Of a stretch of 64,000 bases of DNA, positions 29,789-38,700 are shown one piece after another. Both the position numbers and the translations under genes were made by a program. Below the pieces are notes generated by a model. It was given only the letters and a program-made list of their open reading frames with translations. It did not search any database and had not been told where the DNA came from. This stretch comes from a virus: positions 3,576 to 67,575 of IMG/VR virus record IMGVR_UViG_3300046002_004029; one strand, written 5' to 3'. Within the stretch, counting starts at the first letter, position 1, and each line of letters opens with the position of its first letter.

Positions 29789-30221
29789 TAGAAAAAAAGG
29801 ACCGGTTGTTTCAAAAGTGGTATCATATGATGGTATCACTTTTGCCTCTGGCCTTGAGAAGTATATGTATATAGCTTTAAAGAAAGCTGATATTGATTTT
29901 GACTATGAAGGCAAAACGTTTGAGCTTGTTCCATCGTTTACTTTTAAAAATGAATGCTTTGAAAGGCAATCAAATGGCAAGGGTGATTTTATAAATAGAG
30001 GGTGTAAAAAAGTATTAAACTTGAAGTATACACCTGATTTTCTTGGTATTGATTTCATTATAGAAACTAAAGGCAGGGCTAATGATTCATTTCCTTTACG
30101 TTGGAAGTTATTCAAAGAGTGGATGATGGATAATAATGACGATAGAACCTTATATAAACCCCAAAATAATAGCGAGTGCGACAAGACAATAAAGTTAATT
30201 ATGGACAAGAGAAATTCTTAG
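29772..30221 (+). CDS. T7 endonuclease I-like Holliday junction resolvase
   Basis: FASGLE...YE...YTPDF...IIETKG. Confidence 0.85.
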   Translation: MMKRISRKKGPVVSKVVSYDGITFASGLEKYMYIALKKADIDFDYEGKTFELVPSFTFKNECFERQSNGKGDFINRGCKKVLNLKYTPDFLGIDFIIETKGRANDSFPLRWKLFKEWMMDNNDDRTLYKPQNNSECDKTIKLIMDKRNS

Positions 30222-30351
30222 CCCGTAAACGCTATGCCGAAAGACAGTTTGATAAATGGATCAAATGGTCATTTGAGGTATGCGGTAAAATAAAATATAA
30301 AGATATAATAAGAATGCAGGAAGAATTAAATATAACACAAAAACCTTAATT

Positions 30352-30534
30352 ATGAAAAAAGCAAAAATGAAAGTTGTTCCCGAAATTGAACCAGAAAATG
30401 AAAGTTATTGGTGTATTACAGTAGGTTTTTATCCAGGAATATTGTTTGGAATACGGACATATGATGAACCAACATTTTCAACACACGTATTATATTTACC
30501 ATTCGTAGACATCGCAATCGAAATATCAAAATAA
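30352..30534 (+). CDS. Hypothetical protein
   Basis: Small ORF before the RNR gene. Confidence 0.5.
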   Translation: MKKAKMKVVPEIEPENESYWCITVGFYPGILFGIRTYDEPTFSTHVLYLPFVDIAIEISK

Positions 30535-30537
30535 AAA

Positions 30538-32406
30538 ATGAGTTTAAGTTTAGACAAACAAATTTTATCGGACATTACAGTATACACAAAGTATGCAAAA
30601 TATTTACCAAGTAAAGAGAGAAGAGAAACTTGGGAAGAATTAGTAACAAGGAACTTAGAGATGCATGTCTCTAGGTTTCCTCAAATGAAAGAATCAATTG
30701 AACAAATTTACAAGAATTTTGTCTTCAATAAAAAGGTTTTACCTTCGATGCGAAGCTTACAGTTTGGCGGTAAAGCTATTGAACTTAATAATGCTCGTGT
30801 TTATAACTGTGCTTTTCTACCTATTGATAGTATCTATAGTTTTTCTGAGACTATGTTTTTATTACTTGGTGGAACCGGTGTTGGTTATAGTGTCCAAAAT
30901 CACCAAATTGAAAAGTTACCTGAAATTAGAAAGCCTAATTACGAACGTAAAAAAAGATATGTAGTTCAAGATTCTATTATCGGGTGGGCCGACGCGGTTA
31001 AGGTATTGCTTAAGTCTTATACTGGTGAACTAACGTCACACATCCAGTTTGATCTGTCTGATATAAGACAAAAAGGCGCATTATTAGTTACAGCTGGGGG
31101 TAAAGCTCCTGGACCAGAGCCATTAAGAATTGCGTTAGTCAAAATTGAAGCTATCTTACGTAATAAAAAAGATAGGTCAAAACTTACAGATATTGAATGC
31201 CATAGAATACAATGTTTTATTGCAGATTCTGTTTTAGCTGGAGGTATTAGAAGGGCAGCTATGATCGCTTTATTTGATCTTGATAGTGATGCAATGTTAA
31301 ATTGTAAAGCTGGTAGTTGGTGGGAAACAATGCCTGAACTTGGTAGAGCTAATAATTCTGTAGTATTGCTACGCCATAAGATTGATAAGAAAACATTTGA
31401 CAAAGTATGGGAACGTATTGAAGCTTCTGGATGTGGTGAGCCTGGTATATACTTAACTAATGATAAAGATTGGGGCACTAACCCTTGTTGCGAAATCGCT
31501 TTAAGACCTTATCAGTTTTGTAATTTGACGGAAATTAATATGTCAGATATTGAGGATCAAGAGGATTTTAATGCTAGATCTTCTGCCGCCGCGTTTATAG
31601 GAACATTACAGGCATCGTATACTGATTTTCATTACTTACGTGATATATGGAGAAAAACAACAGAGAAAGACGCATTACTTGGTGTATCTATGACTGGTAT
31701 CGCGTCAGAGTCAAACTTAAAATTAAATTATGAAGAAGCCGCGCAAGTCGTTAAAGACACAAACAACGTTATCTCGGCTGCTCTCGGAATCAATAAAGCC
31801 GCAAGAACCACAGCTGTCAAACCTGCCGGAACCACTAGTTTGGTTTTGGGGACTTCTTCTGGGATCCACGCCTGGCATAATGATTATTATATCCGTCGTA
31901 TGCGATTAGGTAAAAATGAAGCTATCTATTCTTACCTTGCTATACACAATCCAGAATTGCTAGAAGATGAATATTTTAATCCAACACTACAGGCGGTCAT
32001 TTCTGTTCCGCAGAAGGCTCCTAATGGCGCTATAACACGACACGAGTCAACGCTTGATCTATTGGAAAGAGTAAAACTTATATCTAAAGATTGGGTTAAA
32101 ACTGGGCATACAAAAGGCGAAAATACACATAACGTTTCTTGTACAGTTTCAGTGCGGGATGATGAATGGAAAATAGTTGGTGAATGGATGTGGGCAAATA
32201 AAGATTATTATAATGGTCTATCTGTTTTACCATTTCACGGTGGTACATATAAACAAACGCCATTTGAAGATTGCACTAAAGAATTATACGAGGAAATGAT
32301 GTTAAAACTGCATACCATAGATTTATCTAAAGTAATAGAAATACAGGATAATACAAATTTTAGTGATGTAGTAGCTTGTGGAGGCGGTAATTGTGAAATA
32401 ACTTAA
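30538..32406 (+). CDS. nrdJ: Class II (AdoCbl-dependent) ribonucleotide reductase
   Basis: YNCAF, GGTGVG, TNPCCEI, FCNL, VKPAGT and C-terminal CGGGNC. No NrdB nearby. Confidence 0.9.
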   Translation: MSLSLDKQILSDITVYTKYAKYLPSKERRETWEELVTRNLEMHVSRFPQMKESIEQIYKNFVFNKKVLPSMRSLQFGGKAIELNNARVYNCAFLPIDSIYSFSETMFLLLGGTGVGYSVQNHQIEKLPEIRKPNYERKKRYVVQDSIIGWADAVKVLLKSYTGELTSHIQFDLSDIRQKGALLVTAGGKAPGPEPLRIALVKIEAILRNKKDRSKLTDIECHRIQCFIADSVLAGGIRRAAMIALFDLDSDAMLNCKAGSWWETMPELGRANNSVVLLRHKIDKKTFDKVWERIEASGCGEPGIYLTNDKDWGTNPCCEIALRPYQFCNLTEINMSDIEDQEDFNARSSAAAFIGTLQASYTDFHYLRDIWRKTTEKDALLGVSMTGIASESNLKLNYEEAAQVVKDTNNVISAALGINKAARTTAVKPAGTTSLVLGTSSGIHAWHNDYYIRRMRLGKNEAIYSYLAIHNPELLEDEYFNPTLQAVISVPQKAPNGAITRHESTLDLLERVKLISKDWVKTGHTKGENTHNVSCTVSVRDDEWKIVGEWMWANKDYYNGLSVLPFHGGTYKQTPFEDCTKELYEEMMLKLHTIDLSKVIEIQDNTNFSDVVACGGGNCEIT

Positions 32407-32416
32407 ATAAAACAAT

Positions 32417-32635
32417 ATGAAAGAACAAACATTGGTTGAAATGAAAAACAAAGTTGATGGTTTAGTAACCTTTAGTAAACAAATGGCAGCGCAATTAGAC
32501 AATTTAAGGGATCTATCCGTTGGAACATTAGAAATACTTAAGAATATGCCGGCTTATCAAGATGCGGTTAATAAGTTAAAAGACGATGTCTTAAATAGGA
32601 AGGATGGGCAGCTTTTAGAAATACCCAAAGAGTAA
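32417..32635 (+). CDS. Hypothetical protein
   Basis: Last ORF of the + arm. Confidence 0.6.
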   Translation: MKEQTLVEMKNKVDGLVTFSKQMAAQLDNLRDLSVGTLEILKNMPAYQDAVNKLKDDVLNRKDGQLLEIPKE

Positions 32636-32642
32636 ACAAAAT

Positions 32643-32682
32643 AAAAAAAGGGGATCCTCATCACGAGGTCCCCTTTCCTTTA
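32643..32682. terminator. Bidirectional intrinsic terminator at the convergence of the two arms
   Basis: AAAAAAAGGGGATCCTC-atcac-GAGGTCCCCTTTCCTTT. Confidence 0.85.
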
Positions 32683-32711
32683 TTAAGAACGCTTGAGTAT
32701 GGTGCTCAATT

Positions 32712-35700
32712 TTATTTGTTCTTATTTTTTTCTGCTATATCCCAAATCATTTTTCTTTTTTTTGCTTGAGCCCTTTTTTCTGTTTTTAAAGAATCTTTAT
32801 ACACTTTTTTTTCTTCCAAAGTCATTCCGCGAAGGCGTTCCCTTAGCTTTATTCTTTCTGCTTTATTTTTTTCAACAGTTGCGACTGAACTTTCAGTTTT
32901 TCTTACTTCTTTAGCTTTTGCTTTTATTTCAACATCCGCTTTATTTTCAATACCAATAGTAAAAGGATTCCATCCAAGGCCAACCATAACTCTTTGCCAA
33001 GCTTCATTTTGCGAATTTAATGCTTGAGATACATTTTCAATTTTGGAAACTAATCTATCCATTGGAATATTTGTACCAGCCTCAACTAACTTTCCAGTTA
33101 TAGAATACATAGGCCCTAAATGTACCCTACCATCTTGCATAATACTCCACCCTCTTTCTTTTATAAGATCTTTATCATATTTAGTAGATTGTAACCCGCT
33201 ATATATTTTTCTAAGTTTGGATCCAATTGGTGGAGATATATTAGCTGCCTCTAGAACCACTTTTGCGTAATCTGCTTTGAACTTTTTGTCTTTTTCATCT
33301 AAGTATTTTAAAGCAACATTTTTTAACGTAGCAGCAACGCCTCCATAAAAACCAGTACCCCTTAATATTGTATCTAATACTCCATCTGCGGCATCTATTA
33401 TTTTACGTTTTTTATCTTTAGCTTTAGCTTTAGCTTTTTCTTCATCCTCTTCATCATCAGAACCAAAACCAACAGCAAATAATCCATTTTGCAAAGCAGA
33501 GAACATTATATTTTGTATTGCTAAATAATAAACAATCTTAGCCATATGTGTTTTAGCATCTCCTCTACCATTTTTAAGATCCAAAAAGGATTTTTTAACA
33601 ATTCTGGATTGTTGCATTGCAGTATTTTGGAATGTAAGCAATAATCTACCTGCGCCACTTGCTTGCTGTTTTGATATATCTCTTGGATCACCAGATTGTT
33701 GCGTTTCATCTGATACTTTAGTAAAGTCATTCCAAGCGGCTTTTTCAGCTTCTGCATCAGACATGCCTTCTTTTAAATAAGACTTAATTCTATTCCTATA
33801 AAATGATGCTCCTCCTGAAGCAATCGCAAAACTATCTGCTAATTGCGTAGGTGTATACCCTATTTTTAAAAGATAAGACGTAACCGCAACAGCTTTGTTT
33901 TTACTACCAGCAGCAGAATTAGCTATTTCAGCGGCAGCAACATCATCTTTTAATCCGCCTCGCCTTTCTTTCATTTTATCTGAATTCCATATATGAGCAA
34001 AATCTTTCCAATATTGTGGTTGATCTGCGAATCTTGCCGCGGCAGATACTGGATTATTATCTCTTAAATTCAAGAAATTGACAGCTCCGATTAACTGTAG
34101 CACAGCAGATCTTGTATTCAAAAACATAATAGTTCCAGTAGAGCCATTAATCCAATTACTCCAAGCGCTTGTTTCTTTGTCTTTTCCTGAACTTCTATTT
34201 TTACCAGATGTCATTCTATATACAACATCCTCGATGGCTTCCCTTACATTTGTCCCATATACAGCTTCAATTTTATTCATATTAGGGCCTACTAAACTGC
34301 CTTTATCCCATTTGCCAAATATCTGTTCAACATTAGCAATAAATTCTCCTAAGAATTTTTTTCTGCCATCGCCTTCTGTTATGTTGTGTAAATCAGCAAT
34401 AATTGTATCGGCATCCCAGTGCTTAGTTGGCTCAATCCAACCTGGACCTTGGCGGCCCATTACAATCAACCCATTCTTAAAAGCATTAAGTTCAGGATCA
34501 TCTGCAACTAATTGTGTTAATTTTGTAGCATCACGCTCTGATAAACCGGGAATATCTATGCCAGCCTCGGTCCACATTGCTACACGGATGGCTTGGTCAT
34601 ATGTAAAATCTTTATCGGGCGTTAGTGTTTCTATCTTTTTTCTAACTTCTGGAAATGCGTTTGTTAATGCTTTATATTCTCTTTTTATAGATTGTCTAGC
34701 TGCGTCCATTAGGTCGTTGCCATTTGTATAGGGCTTTAACAATGCATCGTTAAAAAACTTAAGATGCTCCTCCCCTTGTTTGCCTTTTCCAACAAAGTTG
34801 TATAGCAATAATTCAAAGTCAGCAGCGGACGGCGGAACATAAAAATCGAATTTGTTTTTAGTTGCCCCTCTTCTCCTGGCTACAATGTCCGAGAACTCTT
34901 TATAGTGTTCCATTCCGCTAGTCTCCTCAATTATTTTATTAAACTCAGGACTAAGTGTTTTACTCTCCCTTACTTTTTCTGCATCAAAAGAATTAGAAGC
35001 AATCTCGGAATTTTCTATATTTTGTTTTATTTCAGTATTACGCTTGTATTCTGAAAATAAGGCATTGTTAGATGTAGCGTTATCTACATTATATTTTGAT
35101 TTTTGTTTAAAATTAACTAAGGTAGGGAATACTCTAATTCTATTATAATCTCCTCCTCTAACTATTCGAGCTGTTAATTTAACATCACTAGAAAGCAATG
35201 GAACCCCCAAATTTAATTTATCTTTACCTAAAGCAAACAATCCGTGTTTACCTATATTAATATAGTGGACATTTTTTCCATTATATAACTGTTCTATTAT
35301 TTTTTGATCGGTAGCAATAGAAACTGTTAAACTTTTTTGGAAACCTTTTGTTTTTAGTATTGAGTGTTGCTCTTTGGTAACTTTGTATGGCCAAGAATCC
35401 GTTTTTACACCCAGTTTTTCTGCCTCTTTTTTATATTCTTCAAATTTATCAAGTTTACTTTTTAACAAATCTATTAATTCATTAGAAATATTTAACTCTT
35501 TTGTAGGAGAAAATGTATTATTATCAAAGTTAGCATTAATAGTAAAGCTACCCATCTGAGCTAAAGCATTTAATTTAACTTCTATATTTAGCAAATCTTT
35601 GCCCAATTGCAAGTGTATATCCCCATCCCCAGTAGAATCATACCCTTTTACTTCTTTAGTTAATACTTTTACGCCTTTAATTTTTAAAGCTTTTAATTCC

Positions 35701-38700
35701 TTTAATATTATTGACTCATAAGCAACGCCACGAATACCAGCTTTAATTTTTTGCATTTTAGCAACAAGATCAATATGGTCTTCAAATACGTGCTGTTTAA
35801 TTTTATATCTATCCTCCTCGGGGATGGAATTTAATATGTTTTCAACTTCTAAGGACTCGATGCCGTATTCATCGGCGGTATGAAATAATTTGGACGAAAT
35901 GGCATTAAAGTCTTTTGTTGGCATTGATAATTTAACATTACCTCTTTCTACTTGGCGGGAAACTTCAATAGCCACGTCATTAACTAGCTCAACGCCCAAT
36001 CTTTGTTGATTAGCGGTAAATGCTTCATAGATTAATCCTTCATTATTTAGATCATCGGTAATTATATCAAATGCAGATTCTTCTGAGATAGCTTTAGCTA
36101 AAGATTCTTTTCTGCCTCTTAGTGGGTTACCATCTGGTCCAATAACCTGGTTCAAAAATTCTTCGTTTGAAATATTATTAGCTACATTAGGTAATCTTCT
36201 CGCTAACTCATGACCTGATGTTCTACCGGCTTGATCCGTTGAAACGCTCTCTCTGTCTATGGACTTACCAACCCATTCGGGGAAACTTACCCATCGGCCA
36301 TCAACTCTTTTTTGAACGGCAATAGGCATTCCTCCTTGGCCATCTTTACCCATAAGCCAAGTAGTTGTCATATTTTCAAGAACATATTTTTTATTCTTTA
36401 ATAACCAGTTTTTTAATTGGTTATCTTTTTTACCGCCCATTGCGGTCTTAACGTCAATGTCAATTTGTTTACCAATTTCGTCTCTAATTTCAGCAATTAG
36501 GGGGGTAACGGTTTTATTTAGCGAAACAGGTTCGTTTATTTTACTTTTAAGAGTTCTAACAACAGTCAGTATCTTATTATTGATTGTTTTTAATACATCT
36601 GGTTCAAAAACATTTGATTCTAATACATTTTTATACTTTGGTTTTTCGAGCGCATTTACAGTCATATTTTGATCTGCAGTTTCTGTGGCTTTCAAGCCTA
36701 CTTCTTCTGCAGCATCTTTCATAAACTCTGTGCCTAATACTCTTTTCGAGGCGGCAATAGCCCTCATAGGTAAATATTTATTTATCCATGCTGCTAATGG
36801 TATTCCGCTTTCTGGTTTATATTTAGTAATTAAATCTAATATACCACCTGTTCCGGTTTCTATTTCATCAGTAAGTAATTCTCTATCAAATCCAGGAGCA
36901 TCTCTTCTTTTGTCAACAATCTTTTTTGTAATGGGTTTGAACAAACTAATTATTTCAGCAGCTCCTTCTTTGCCTTTCTTATCATAAATTTGTTGTACTT
37001 TGTCAGATGATAAAGTACCTCTCTCATTTTTTATAATTTCTTTTACTTCATCCTCTTCTGTAACCTCTTTACTTTTTGTAGGTTCGGTAGTTTTAGCCTC
37101 AGATTCTTTTTTTATAGCAGACTTTATTTTTGCTTCTAAATTTTGTTTTTTAGGCAAATATTCAGCTTCATCCATATCGCCATAACCTTCATCATACTTT
37201 TCGTTAAGATCCTCAAGTTCTTTTTTTAGTTCTAAAGATTTTGATTCTTTTACCTCTTTAGTTTCTGAAATCTTGCCTTCAGTTCCTAATTTTTTAAATG
37301 CTTTTGTAAATTCTCCTTTCTCAAAACTTTTATTATAATCTCTTACAAAATCAAATACGTCTTTTCCATTACCAAAATTAACGTTTTTTATACCGATATT
37401 TTGTAATACTTGCCTAAGTAAATCTCCAAGTTTGATAAAAAATGTTTCATTATATTTTATATCGCCTTTAGACAAAGATTCAGATAATAACGGTAAAGTC
37501 TCTTCTAACATATTACCTTTAGCTTTGGCTAAGCTAGCATTTGTTTTTTCAACTATGGCATCATGATCCTCTTGGGATACTTTTCCTTCTTTTAAATTAG
37601 ATGCGTTAGTCCCTAATATAGATTTTGCTTTAGTATTTTGTTGTTCAAATTCCAATTTATAACCATTATACCGATGCTTAAATTCCGATCTATTGAAAGC
37701 TTCTGTACCTAAATAATCCTCAATATGCCTATATAACGACTCTCCAACTTTAGCTTGCATTTCCGGGTTTTGACCAATAGCTTTATTCACCAATTTATGC
37801 ATAAATTCGTGCTGACCTGTAGTTATATTAAAACCCATAGCAGCTTCTTCTTGATTTACAATTAAAGCCTGCTTCCCGTTGTTTAATGTAACAAATAACC
37901 CATTACTATCCTCATATTTATTAATATCCTCCGGTGACAACTTTGTATTATTTTCTAAATATGTTCTAACATCATTTGCTGTTTTTAATTCTGGAATTTC
38001 TGTTTCATTACTAAGACCCAATTTTTCAACAGCAACTCTTGCCTTATTAACGTCGTCAGATATATTAGCCTCAATGGCCTCCTCATTTGTTAATTTGTCT
38101 TTATCACCGGTTCTTTTTGCCGCGGTAGCTTCAACTGATTCTCTGGCAATGCCTGTTAATTGAATATTTATTTCAGCAATTCTTTCTAACTGTGGGGTAG
38201 TAAGTTCTTTATCTCCAACATGTTTAACTATTCTAAGAAGATCATTTTTCTCTTTAGATAATTGTACCGCTTCTGGTAATTTAGATTCTAATAAGTTTAA
38301 CGGCTCTAGTTTTTTGCTTATTCCATAGGTTGTAGCAAAATCTTTTTTAATTTGATTACCTTCATCCTCTGTCATATCCCCTTTATTTATAGCATCTTGT
38401 ATTTGATTACTTAATACTTTAGGAGCGCCTTTTATTTTTGTTATATTTATTTGGGCTTGTGATACTGGTGTATTTGGATTGAATGCTTCTAACATTGAGT
38501 TGGAAACATCCGATTTTAACTCTGAATTTACTCTATATAAAGCAACGCCATCTTTAAATCCCGATATACCTTTAGCAATAGTTATAGGTGATCCATATAA
38601 ACCGCCGCCGGCAACGCCTTGAATAAATGAATCTAATACATTATCAAATGGTTTTTTATTGTCAATTAAATTTTGGGTTATTGTAGTAGCAACTTCTTCA

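Larger units (their letters stand above)
7224..31947. repeat. Dispersed polarised 10-mer TGCTATACAC (at least 20 exact copies)
   Basis: Reverse copies at 7224 and 7628. Forward copies at 8193, 8966, 9035, 9369, 10388, 11153, 11997, 12560, 13643, 14614, 15942, 17171, 18144, 19260, 21289, 24359, 28466 and 31938. Confidence 0.95.
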
